Assembly: GCF_002803295.2 (NCBI RefSeq)
Contig: NZ_PGGB02000001.1
Coordinates: forward strand, 1 to 32,000
DNA: 32,000 nucleotides
Direction: 5' to 3'
Origin: Caedibacter taeniospiralis
GTDB lineage: Bacteria; Pseudomonadota; Gammaproteobacteria; Francisellales; Francisellaceae
Shown here: piece after piece, positions 20,476-30,427 of the stretch
Numbering within the stretch: the first letter of the stretch is position 1
How the letters are laid out: each line of letters starts with the position of its first letter
Notes under the pieces: model-generated
The model's input: the letters and a program-made list of their open reading frames with translations, nothing else
Database searches by the model: none
Told to the model about the DNA's origin: nothing
Translations under genes and position numbers: made by a program

Positions 20476-22365
20476 TTATCTTTTGAGGAAGCGAGTAAAA
20501 GCATCACAAATATCGTCCAACAATCTGTTGTAAGCAGCCTCTAAAGGTGGCAACTTAACACGTAACCGCTGTTGATATGGAGTCAAAGCTTCGCGAATAC
20601 TCTGCCAAGTTGATACCGGATGATGAGCAAAACGCTGCATTAAACGACTAGCATGTGTAGTGCGATTTTTTTCTCCCGCAATAGATATTGCCATTTCCTC
20701 AATCATTTCAGCTACTGCCAGCAGCCGCCCAAATAGATAATCCCGCCCTGTATATTTCATATCAAGTGACATAGCATATTCTCTCCTTTTATTTAAATTG
20801 GGTTGGCGTTCTGGGTGGTGAAAACCGCGATAGAGCGCACAGGCGACACCAAGGTTTCTCTCCCATTCCCAAAGTTCACTGTTGTTTCTGTTGCTGGCTC
20901 GACTGACAGCCAGGTTGACAATATCCATAGGTAAAGCTCTGCCTTCCAAAATACAGGGCATCATCCTTTCATAAAGGCTCTTTTTAAGCGCTTCATTGCT
21001 TTTCACCATATCACCATAGGTAGCTTGCAATATATTCCAAGGTGAAGGAGCACTGACAGACCAAAACACTGTTGTTTTTGGCTTTTTATTATTACCTGAC
21101 TCGACTTCCTTGCTAATCCGCTGCGGCCAAGCCAAATGGCTGTGCCATTTTTCGATAGTTTGCACGTAATCCTTAGCCATAAAATCGCGATAATAAATAA
21201 TCGCCATACGTCCAGGAGTGGCAGAGTCCAGCCCCATAATAACGATGCTTTCCTGATCCTTGAGTCTGGCGATGCGACCATCGAAATAACCTGCCATGTA
21301 TCGATTTAACGCTTTGACAAAGTTTTGTCCAAGGTCGCTCGTTACATTAATTTCAGTAGCCAATGAATCTTTTCCATCATCAGTAACTTCCTCGAAATTG
21401 TCCAGCTCCAGACTTGGCACCAATGGAGCAGGGATAGGTTTGCCTGATACTGCCCATGCCACCACCACCTGATCTCCATTCTTGCTAGCCTGATTAGCAA
21501 TCAGCCAACGCAATGTATTATGAGCTTTTTGGGTAATATCAAAACCGACGTTCGCAACCTGCTCTCCATCTGTAAATCGACCACGGAAAGTAAAGCCGGA
21601 TGTATCATTGGCTGATACCAGCTTTGCTTTATCACCTGTATGTCTAAGCTTTGCGGGATGATTTGAGGCTGAGGGTTGCAATAGTCCAGATACATAACAA
21701 AGCTCATCCTTCCCTGAACCTTCGGCATCAAAAGCTATCCATGACTGTTGTATTGATTTATCTTTCCAAGTATCTGGAAATAGGTCGCCTGGAGTAATAA
21801 CACTCCAGCAAACCATTGCGTTACCCTGATCCAGTTCGCCTTTTTCCTTCGGTAGGGTTTTGAATATTAAAGGCAAAGGATTTTCATCTGTTACCTCAAA
21901 TGGCCAAGAGGTTAAAAGCCGATTATTTTCATCCATATAACAAACTTTAGCGTTTATTAGATCTTCTATCACAGTCTGCTTAATGATGTAATTGCATACC
22001 GCTTGAACCTTTGGATGACTCACGCCAGAGTTACACCATTCTCTGATTTGTGACCGATATCCATCGAAATAAGGTTTTTTCTTCCCACCGAACTTTTCAT
22101 AGTCGGCTGCAACATATTGCAGCTTGTCCGCTAAAGGGTGTGGTGCTTCGCCACTACTTCTTCCTGCAGACTTTTCTGTAGATGGCAAAATGATCTGCGT
22201 CTTTTCTAAAACTTTTGCACCTATAAAATTTCCATCAAGATCTATTTGAATATTTATATGGGCATTCTGCATAGTATGGCTTGTCGGCATTAGCTGCTTT
22301 TCTTCCGGCAAATCCAGCGTCATAGCTTTTTCATAGGTCTCGTAAAGCTTTGCCATCCAGCTCAT
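20476..22365 (-). CDS. cas8c: Cas8c (Csd1), type I-C large subunit
   Basis: This is a 629-aa intact ORF between cas5 and cas7, in the canonical I-C position and size. It overlaps the cas5 stop by 4 nt. I have no specific motif check beyond context and size. Confidence 0.75.
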   Translation of the reverse strand: MSWMAKLYETYEKAMTLDLPEEKQLMPTSHTMQNAHINIQIDLDGNFIGAKVLEKTQIILPSTEKSAGRSSGEAPHPLADKLQYVAADYEKFGGKKKPYFDGYRSQIREWCNSGVSHPKVQAVCNYIIKQTVIEDLINAKVCYMDENNRLLTSWPFEVTDENPLPLIFKTLPKEKGELDQGNAMVCWSVITPGDLFPDTWKDKSIQQSWIAFDAEGSGKDELCYVSGLLQPSASNHPAKLRHTGDKAKLVSANDTSGFTFRGRFTDGEQVANVGFDITQKAHNTLRWLIANQASKNGDQVVVAWAVSGKPIPAPLVPSLELDNFEEVTDDGKDSLATEINVTSDLGQNFVKALNRYMAGYFDGRIARLKDQESIVIMGLDSATPGRMAIIYYRDFMAKDYVQTIEKWHSHLAWPQRISKEVESGNNKKPKTTVFWSVSAPSPWNILQATYGDMVKSNEALKKSLYERMMPCILEGRALPMDIVNLAVSRASNRNNSELWEWERNLGVACALYRGFHHPERQPNLNKRREYAMSLDMKYTGRDYLFGRLLAVAEMIEEMAISIAGEKNRTTHASRLMQRFAHHPVSTWQSIREALTPYQQRLRVKLPPLEAAYNRLLDDICDAFTRFLKR

Positions 22366-23066
22366 AACGATGCCTCCTCTGTATCCACATCCAGCAAGTT
22401 ATCTCCGATAACAAATTCTTTAGCTTTCATCTCACGAATAAAACGACGAATTTCGCAACTCCCTGGTCTTGGAAATTCCACAACACCATTTTTCATAACG
22501 GCATGCCAAAAACGGCTATGAAATTCATCTTTTCCCGTCTCGTCCGGGTAATCGAAACCATGAAACATCAAACCAAACGATAGCTCATCAATGTTGTCAT
22601 AGGCTCCAAGACCTTCTCCAAATTCGCAAGGCTCTACATAACCCTGGCAATCTCTTACACCAAGAAAAATATCTTGCCGCCCACCCTTTTCCAGCATGCG
22701 CTTTGCGATAGCAAAATGTTTTCCATCAATTTGATCCGCTGCCAATTCAGGACGATACTTGTTCATTTCAAAGTGTGCCTCTACCTGATACTCAACTTCG
22801 TGCAGAAAGGTATATATAGCCAAGCTATTTCCACCACCCCAAACCAGAGGTTTAGTGCCTTTGGTTTGAGTTCGAATGGACTTTATTACCCGAACCCTAT
22901 CCACATGCCAAACGATAGTTGGTTTCTAATAGATTGACTTGAGAACACCCTTAATCGCCTCATAAGTAGGCACATGGTAAGAGCATTTTTCCCCACCAAT
23001 CCTGGTAATTGGGTCGGTAAATAAAGCGTAACGTCCCCAAAGTCTGAAACTAATAATGTTTTTCAC
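22362..23066 (-). pseudogene. cas5: cas5 (cas5d, type I-C) with an in-frame TAG at 22926-22928
   Basis: The minus strand reads ...[28 protein letters not shown].... Cas5d proteins have a conserved (A/S)IYWKP here, so the TAG replaces TGG (Trp). The likely start is the GTG at 23066, preceded by AGGAGG. The N-terminus [19 protein letters not shown] is typical of Cas5d. Confidence 0.85.
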
Positions 23067-23074
23067 GTTACCTC

Positions 23075-25747
23075 CTATAAAATCTGAGTTGTCATCATAC
23101 CTACGCACTCGGTTCCAAGACCAAAACTTTTGCTGTAATACATCTCATCCAGGTAGTAAATGCCATGCCCAGGCTGAATTTCGTGCACTGCTTTCTCCTT
23201 TTTTAGTTTGTCCCAAACGTTAGGAAAGACATTCACGCTATATTTTTGCGCTTGTCGTAACAATTGATAGTAGCGACGAGCATTAAACTCCTTTGCTACA
23301 GAGCAAAGCTCAGCTACCAGCTTTTGCCCCTTCTTACCATATTGTACAATGACTGCCTGGGTTGGAGCGTCGATAGCCTTAAACTGTTTACCCGCCTCCA
23401 TAAAAGCCTGTCGCAAGAGGGGGACTTTCCCTTCACGATCAGAAAAATTTGAATTACATCCGATGCGAGAACTTAACAGGTTGAGCAAACTATCGTTCCT
23501 GTGATCTTTTCCTTTCAAGGGGTAGCTCATATCATCTGCTCGATCAAAAAAATAATAGCGAAAATACTGCTTGATCGCTGCCGGTGACAATACATCTTCC
23601 GCTGCGAGCCATGGATAGCGGAACGCGAGGGCGAGTAGACCCGGGTAGCCTTGCGCTGTTGATCAGCAAGCGACGTGCCGAAGGCGCCAGAGCGAAGTCT
23701 GTGACGTTGAGGCGGACGGCCCGGGCAAAATTTATACCGCCGAGGATAGCCGATTCGATTTTGTGTATGGATATACAAAATCTATCATGAGGCCCGAGGC
23801 ACCCTTGTACCCTTCAGAAAGAACCCTCTTCGCCTTCTCTTTGCCTATTTCAATTTCCTTCAGCATTCCTGTACTTTCACTGTCCGGGTTCACAATAAAA
23901 ACCTGCCCTTTGATCAAATTTCCTTGCTCATCTTTCAGATTGCCATTCCTATTACAGCGTCCTGCAGCCTGAGCAATAGAGTCCAAACCTGCCAAGAAGC
24001 GTATCACAGATGCAAAGTCCACATCAACGCCTGCTTCAATCAGTTGCGTTGAGATACAAAGCACGGGCTTTCGATGCTTCAGGTGCTTCTTAATTAGATA
24101 TAGGAAAATCCTGCGATGACGCGGACATTGATTTGTACTTAAATGGAATAAAGACGATGCATTCACCTGCTCGACACAACGTTGATACAACTCCTGCGCC
24201 CATGTTTTGGTGTTGACAATTACCAAGCAACTCCCGTGTATCTGGAGCTGCTCTACCGCCAGTGTAGATATCTCTGCGACATTCCAACCACCAGGCTTTA
24301 TTTGGTTATAAATACGTACCCGCCGAAGCTCAATAAAATGCCTATCAAAGTCGCCTGCCAGTTCATTTTCTTGGGGAATGACTAACTGCCCTTTATCAGG
24401 TTTTTTTAATTCGTTCAGTAAAGGCTGAGTCGCTGTACAAAGCACTACCGTAGTATCGCAACGCTGCACGAAAAAATTCATTGCGTTACAAAAAATATGC
24501 ACACAATTAATTGGCAATGTCTGAATCTCATCAAAAACAAGCACACTTTTAGCTAACTGATGCAAACGCCTAACACCTTTGGTTCCACCACTAAACAAGG
24601 TTTCCAGTAACTGCACCATAGTGGTCAGAACAATGGGAGCGTCCCAGTTTTCCGATACCAGTTTGGCGTGCCAGGTTTGCTGTTCAGACTCCAAATTAGA
24701 GTGATGTTCCAATACCCACGACCTAGCATCATCTCGATGCTCTACCACTTCGCGTATCACCTTAGCATTTTGCTCAATGATAGACGTGTATGGGATAACA
24801 TAGATAATACGCTCCAATCCGTGATGCTGAGCATGATGTAAAGCGTAACGTAAACTGGCGTAAGTTTTACCTCCACCTGTTGGTACAGTTAGCGTATAAA
24901 GCCCTTGGGACTTATACGCGTTACTCTTACAGTTATCGGAAATTTCCCGACGCAATTCATCTACATAGTTTCGCACTGACAGCCCCGAAAGATAATTTTC
25001 CAAGCGACCAATAGCAACGTCCCAATTAATTGATCCTGACTTTCCTAGGCGCTCTTTTAATCTGACAGGATCTTCAAACTCAGCGCTATTGAGTCTGTCA
25101 GCATCAATTAGGCAACTGAACAAAAAGCGGGTGAAAAATCCCAGGTTAAAGTAATCGATCATCGATGGCTTTTCAAAATTGACAAACTCTTTCAGTTTAT
25201 CAAACAGACCTTTTACCAACTCAACATTTGCAATTTGCTCAATTTTATCAAGTATCTCTTTCTCTGCGACCTGCCGACACTCGTCAAGGTTTACTTTCTC
25301 ATCAGCCTTACTCATACGATCAGAAAATACAGGCTTATCATCAATTCCAAAACAATCGATTAAACCACTGTGATGAGAGGCAATACATAAAGCCAGCATT
25401 TGACCACACAGCTCTCCTTGCCCAGCACCACCAATACGTTTCAGCTTCTGCCAAACCAAGTGAGCACCTGCTGTTGAGTGATCGACTTTCCCTTTCATCC
25501 CTTTAGCATCAACATAATCATCCTCATCAGGGTTAATTTCACCTGTAGCTGACTTTATATAGCGTTGAAACTCTTGGCTGTACTTTCCGAAATCATGCAA
25601 CAAACCAAGCAACCTGCCAGCATTTTCCGCACCCATTTTACTGGAAAAGGTACTAGCAATCTCTCCAACCTCATACAAATGAGTATGAAGAAACTGACAT
25701 TCTCCATCAATTTTTCTTTTGTGTGCAATAAATTTAGGCTTACTCAT
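23075..25747 (-). pseudogene. cas3: cas3 (HD nuclease plus SF2 helicase, type I-C) interrupted by a 204-bp element at 23600-23803
   Basis: The N-terminal HD motif (LLGLLHDFGKYS), Walker A (TVPTGGGKT), DEIQ box and later helicase motifs (AAGRCNR) are intact. The upstream piece ends ...RVLSEGYK. The downstream piece reads (E)DVLSPAAIKQYFRYYFF.... Deleting 23600-23803 gives an 822-aa ORF. Confidence 0.9.
23600..23803 (-). mobile_element. GC-rich non-coding insertion element, copy 3 (204 bp), inside cas3, in the same orientation as copy 1
   Basis: It has the same left and right modules as the other copies. Its central segment is ATAAATTTTGCCCGGG plus the unique stretch CCGTCCGCCTCAACGT. The length is a multiple of 3, but the element carries an in-frame TAA (23732-23734). 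Confidence 0.85.
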
Positions 25748-25986
25748 TGCTCCACTTTCCTTCTCAATTCCCTATAAAACCAAAGCATACCTTGCAAAAT
25801 AAAGCGTCGTCAACCAGTTCCCTCAAAAACCTCAGATTTATACCTGTTCCAAATTTTGTTCATACACACCTCCGTATCGACATCTATTTTACCCTGGCAC
25901 AGGTATCGCCGATTTATTCCTAATCCGCTTTCTATTTCCCTAAAACCTCTTTATTCTATAGCCTGATTTTTTAACACCGCTAACCT

Positions 25987-27129
25987 ATGGGGGATTTATG
26001 CCCGATGGAGAGAACACCTAATCACAAAAAACCGTTGATCAGTATTCGTAATTTAGTCAAACGCTTTGACGATGGACATACTGCGGTTGATGGCATTTCT
26101 TTAGATATTTATCCAAATGAATTTTTCGCTTTGCTTGGCAGCTCCGGCAGCGGCAAGAGTACTTTACTCAGGCTTTTAGCGGGGTTTGAACAGCCAACCG
26201 ATGGCAAAATTCTGATTGATGGTGTCGATATGACAAGCATCCCTCCTTACAACCGCCCCATCAATATGATGTTTCAGTCATATGCCTTGTTTCCTCATAT
26301 GACGATTGAACAGAATATCATGTTCGGGCTAAAGCAGGACAAACTCCCCAAAGCTGAAATTATCACACGCACAGCGTCTGCCCTTAAAATCATCAAAATG
26401 GAACACCTGGCAAAACGCAAGCCCCATCAGTTATCTGGCGGGCAGCGCCAGCGAGCCGCACTTGCTCGCTGTCTTGCAAAACGCCCTAAGCTTATTCTTC
26501 TGGATGAGCCATTATCTGCCCTGGATAAAAATTTACGCGATCAGATGAAATTTGAACTGGTTGACATTCAGGAACAAACGGGCAGTACCTTCATTATGGT
26601 GACACATGACCAGGAAGAAGCAATGACGATGGCAACCCGCATTGGCATTATGTCTGAAGGATGGCTAGAACAGGTGAGTCCGCCCCAGGAAGTCTATGAG
26701 TTTCCAAAAACCCGCTTTGTCGCTAACTTTATCGGTAAAAGCGCCATTTTTGAGGGGGCAATCAGTCAGATCAATGATGATTCAAGCGTTATTGATTCCG
26801 ATGAAGTAAAATGCGCTTTTAAACTGGATCGTCGCATCGATGGCGTCGAAGCTCAGCAGATATGGATAGGGCTAAGACCTGAGAAAATATCGATCTCAAA
26901 AACTCCACCCAGAGACTACGATTCCAGGCGCCCTGTGAATACTATTGTTGGCAGAGTTAAGGATATTGCCTACATGGGAGGGCTTTCCACTTATCACGTT
27001 GAGAGCACCAGCGGCAAGAGAGTTATAGCCACGGACTTTAATGTTGAAAGAAATGCCGATCACCCGACCTGGGAGGATATGGTTTACTTAACGTGGGAGC
27101 CTGAAAATATCATGGTGCTGTACTCATGA
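25987..27129 (+). CDS. potA: Spermidine/putrescine ABC transporter, ATP-binding protein
   Basis: The product carries Walker A (GSSGSGKST), the signature LSGGQRQR, Walker B (LILLDEP) and a C-terminal TOBE-like domain. The start may be the Met at 26005. Confidence 0.88.
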   Translation: MGDLCPMERTPNHKKPLISIRNLVKRFDDGHTAVDGISLDIYPNEFFALLGSSGSGKSTLLRLLAGFEQPTDGKILIDGVDMTSIPPYNRPINMMFQSYALFPHMTIEQNIMFGLKQDKLPKAEIITRTASALKIIKMEHLAKRKPHQLSGGQRQRAALARCLAKRPKLILLDEPLSALDKNLRDQMKFELVDIQEQTGSTFIMVTHDQEEAMTMATRIGIMSEGWLEQVSPPQEVYEFPKTRFVANFIGKSAIFEGAISQINDDSSVIDSDEVKCAFKLDRRIDGVEAQQIWIGLRPEKISISKTPPRDYDSRRPVNTIVGRVKDIAYMGGLSTYHVESTSGKRVIATDFNVERNADHPTWEDMVYLTWEPENIMVLYS

Positions 27130-28043
27130 AGTGGCTTGTCAACCTTAATCCCAATCTTGTGCACAAATGGCAGAATCGTTTTGTCATTCTGGTACCTATG
27201 CTATGGTTTATGCTGTTTTTGCTTGTCCCTTTTCTATTTGTCCTGACCATAAGCTTTACTTTGCCTGCGGATGGCACCCCTCCATTTACTGCCATTCTGG
27301 AATATGCTGAGCATACACTGCATATTATTTTACATCTTGATAATTATCTGCAAACGCTAAGCTCTAATCTCGTTTTTATCGCGCTTTTTGATTCCCTCAG
27401 TGTGGCATTTACCACCACGCTTCTGTGCATTTTAATCGGATATCCCATGGCATTGGCACTTGCGCATATCAAACGCAAAAATGTACAACTTATTTTTCTG
27501 ATCATGATTATCATCCCTTACTGGACGTCTTTTCTTTTGCGCACCTACGCCTGGGTAACACTGCTGGGAAATCATCAGTTGAATGTTTTTCTGATGGGAC
27601 TGGGTTTACCAAGCATGGCTTTACTGTATAACAATTTTTCCATGTACCTTGGCATGGTCTATTGCTACTTACCTTTCTTAGTACTCCCGCTTTATGCGAC
27701 TTTGATTAAGCTTGACCCCATTTTAAATGACGCTGCCGCCGATTTGGGCGCCACACCCATGCAAACTTTCTTCAAAATCACGCTACCTCTTTCCATGCCA
27801 GGGCTTATTGCAGGGAGTCTTCTTGTATTTATTCCAGCGGTTGGCGAGGTCGTTGTGCCACAAATCATGGGAGGATTAAACAGCGTTATGATTGGCAGTA
27901 TCATCTGGGAGCAATTTTTTACTGCCAATAACTGGGGAATGTCGGCTGCCATGTCAGTTATTCTGCTGATCATTCTGGTGATTCCTGTGATCTGGATGCA
28001 AAAAATTCAACAGCGGCAGGCAAAAGCCTCGGGGAGTGTATAA
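27126..28043 (+). CDS. potB: Spermidine/putrescine ABC transporter permease
   Basis: The 305-aa polytopic protein has the EAA-type loop (NDAAADLGATPMQTFFKITLP). It overlaps the potA stop. Confidence 0.85.
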   Translation: MKWLVNLNPNLVHKWQNRFVILVPMLWFMLFLLVPFLFVLTISFTLPADGTPPFTAILEYAEHTLHIILHLDNYLQTLSSNLVFIALFDSLSVAFTTTLLCILIGYPMALALAHIKRKNVQLIFLIMIIIPYWTSFLLRTYAWVTLLGNHQLNVFLMGLGLPSMALLYNNFSMYLGMVYCYLPFLVLPLYATLIKLDPILNDAAADLGATPMQTFFKITLPLSMPGLIAGSLLVFIPAVGEVVVPQIMGGLNSVMIGSIIWEQFFTANNWGMSAAMSVILLIILVIPVIWMQKIQQRQAKASGSV

Positions 28044-28861
28044 TGCGCATTTTTTCCTATAGCAAGATAATGCTCATCCTTGGACTTACTTTCTTATATA
28101 TCCCACTGGTCATCTTGATTCTTTTTTCATTTAGCGAATCACAAATCATCAACTTATGGGGAGGGTTTACCCTGTATTGGTATAAGGTGCTGTTTCAGGA
28201 CAGTGACATCATCGGTGCAGCGTTAATCAGCTTGCAAGTTGCCCTTATCGCCTCACTGTCCGCCACGATTTTAGGCACCATGGTCGCTTATATAATGACA
28301 AGATTTCACTACTTTAGAAGCAAAAACTTTCTTTACGGCATGGTCATTACCCCCTTAGTCCTACCTGATATTGTGCTTGGGGTATCGCTGCTTTTAATGT
28401 TTACATCACTGCAAAACCTGATCGGCTTGCCCCATGGCAGAGGAATGATGACCATTATTATCGCTCACATTACCTTTTGTACCGCCTATGTCACGATTGT
28501 GATGCAAGCGCGTATCGCCAGTGTCGATCGCTCGATCGAAGAAGCCGCCATGGATTTGGGCGCTAAACCCGCTAGAATCTTCTTCCAAATTACCCTGCCA
28601 CAAATCATCCCATCCTTACTCGCCTCATTTTTACTGGCATTTACGCTATCAATGGATGACCTGGTTATCACCGAGTTTGTTGCAGGTAGCAGTGATCCAA
28701 CCTTGCCTATGTATATTTATTCAACCGTTAAAAATGGTCCAACACCAGAAATCAACGCTCTGGCAACACTCATGATTGCTATTATTTCAACCTGTATCAT
28801 CATTGGAGCCTATATTGCATTTAAGATGGAAGGTAACCGTAAGCGACGGAAACGAAAATAG
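28043..28861 (+). CDS. potC: Spermidine/putrescine ABC transporter permease
   Basis: The 272-aa polytopic protein has the EAA loop (EEAAMDLGAKPARIFFQITLP). It overlaps the potB stop. Confidence 0.85.
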   Translation: MRIFSYSKIMLILGLTFLYIPLVILILFSFSESQIINLWGGFTLYWYKVLFQDSDIIGAALISLQVALIASLSATILGTMVAYIMTRFHYFRSKNFLYGMVITPLVLPDIVLGVSLLLMFTSLQNLIGLPHGRGMMTIIIAHITFCTAYVTIVMQARIASVDRSIEEAAMDLGAKPARIFFQITLPQIIPSLLASFLLAFTLSMDDLVITEFVAGSSDPTLPMYIYSTVKNGPTPEINALATLMIAIISTCIIIGAYIAFKMEGNRKRRKRK

Positions 28862-29015
28862 CGTATGGCTATGTGTGTCAACCCGATAAAGCGATGCGCT
28901 CTTTAAACCTTATTTTATGTTCCTCCTTATCCTTTAAGTACAAAAATCATCCTTGACTTCTGATGAATGATCGCCAAAATAGCGGCATAATTTTTGCCAG
29001 AAAAAACTTTTAACC

Positions 29016-30137
29016 ATGAGAAAACCGCTAAAAATCTTAATGCTATTAACCGCGCTTTTGCCCTTAAGTGTCTTCTCTAGCACAAGCATTAGTTTTGAAC
29101 CTGTCAATTATCAAGCATTACCTGATTGGGATTGTGGCGATCAAATGTACGCTTATCAGGCTTTACAAATTTCATGCAAAGTAATTTTAAAAAACACTAA
29201 CTACAACCGCGACTGGATTAACAGCTGTCAAAATATTCTAAGCACACCTGCGCACACAGATCGCCGCGCCAGAGAAATGCTCGAGAAAAACTTCACCCCT
29301 TATCTTGTGCGCTATGACGATAAAGCTGAGGGACTCTTTACCGGTTATTATGCCCCTGCTATCGCGGGGAGTTTATATCGCAGTGCTGAATTTTCTGTGC
29401 CTATTTACCGAACTCCTAAAGATTTAATTCAGAAAAAAACAGGTTCAGGCACACAGTTTGGTCGCATGGTTGATGGGAAGCTCATCCCCTACTACACGCG
29501 CGAAGAAATTGCCAAGAATAATTACTTGAGCAAGAAAGACGTCATCGTCTGGGTCAGATCACGCATTGAAAGAACATTTTTGCAAATCCAGGGCTCAGGG
29601 CGAATTGAGTTAGAGAATGGCGACAGCATATTGGTTGGTTATGACAGCCAGAATGGGCATCCTTACCGACCCATCGGTCGTTACTTAATAGAAAATGGAC
29701 TCATGCCGCGAAATGAAATCACGATGCAGTCGATTAAAACATGGCTTTACGACCATCCTGAAGAGGCGGATAAAGTCTTAAATTATGATCCTTCCTTCGT
29801 ATTTTTCCGTACGTTGAGCCACGGCAATCCAATAGGTGCACAAGGGGTACCATTGACTCCTGGATACTCCATTGCGATCGACAGTAAATTTTACCAGTAT
29901 GGAACCCCTGTCTGGTTAAGCTCATCCTACCATAAGCCCAATCAAAAAATACATAAGCTTGACCGACTCTTAATCGCACAAGATACGGGGGGAGCTATCC
30001 GTGGCGCTATTCGCGGGGATGTATTTTGGGGAAGCGGTTCAGATGCCGAATTTTATGCAGGACACATGAAAAATCTTGGGAAAATGTTTGTGCTTTTACC
30101 TAAGTCCAATGCTTTGAATTTTGTTAGCAATGACTAA
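29016..30137 (+). CDS. mltA: Membrane-bound lytic murein transglycosylase A
   Basis: The 373-aa product has a signal peptide and MltA-specific blocks (FTGYYAP, LQIQGSGRIEL, GYDSQNGHPYRPIG, AIDSKFY, DTGGAIRG). Confidence 0.88.
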   Translation: MRKPLKILMLLTALLPLSVFSSTSISFEPVNYQALPDWDCGDQMYAYQALQISCKVILKNTNYNRDWINSCQNILSTPAHTDRRAREMLEKNFTPYLVRYDDKAEGLFTGYYAPAIAGSLYRSAEFSVPIYRTPKDLIQKKTGSGTQFGRMVDGKLIPYYTREEIAKNNYLSKKDVIVWVRSRIERTFLQIQGSGRIELENGDSILVGYDSQNGHPYRPIGRYLIENGLMPRNEITMQSIKTWLYDHPEEADKVLNYDPSFVFFRTLSHGNPIGAQGVPLTPGYSIAIDSKFYQYGTPVWLSSSYHKPNQKIHKLDRLLIAQDTGGAIRGAIRGDVFWGSGSDAEFYAGHMKNLGKMFVLLPKSNALNFVSND

Positions 30138-30427
30138 TGCAACACTACCCACTTTCGACTCAGGATATTGTATTTATTAAGCTCTTGCTCATGAAATTTG
30201 GTTAGGAACTCACGATTATTTACTTCCATCGCAAATTCTTTTTGTGCCAGGCTTATCCCATAGCGGCGACACCAGCGCTTAACGGTCCACACCTCGTAGC
30301 CCATTAGTTCCGAGGCCTCAAGATAAGAAACACCTTGATCGTGCAAATCATTTAAAACCTTCTCGGCAGGTTTTCCATATTTCTTCAAAACATTTAATTC
30401 AAAATTATTGCTATATTGATTTGGCAT
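30134..30427 (-). CDS. Small helix-turn-helix protein of unknown function
   Basis: The 97-aa ORF has a probable HTH (VSYLEASELMGYEVWTVKRWCRRYGI). It is convergent with mltA and overlaps its stop by 4 nt. Confidence 0.45.
   Translation of the reverse strand: MPNQYSNNFELNVLKKYGKPAEKVLNDLHDQGVSYLEASELMGYEVWTVKRWCRRYGISLAQKEFAMEVNNREFLTKFHEQELNKYNILSRKWVVLH

Noticed and set aside
22926-22928. I considered whether the cas5 TAG could be a recoded codon (pyrrolysine or programmed readthrough).
   Set aside because: No Pyl machinery or recoding signal is visible, and TAG is used as an ordinary stop elsewhere in the window (for example cas3). A TGG-to-TAG point mutation or a sequencing error is the simplest reading.
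17601-23803. I considered whether the elements splitting cas1, cas7 and cas3 are self-splicing group I/II introns or inteins.
   Set aside because: The cas7 copy is inverted relative to the other two while all host genes are on the same strand. The elements contain stop codons in the host frame. They are too small for group II introns, lack an evident group I core, and do not have a U at the end of the 5' exon. An intein is excluded by the stops and by lengths that are not multiples of 3.
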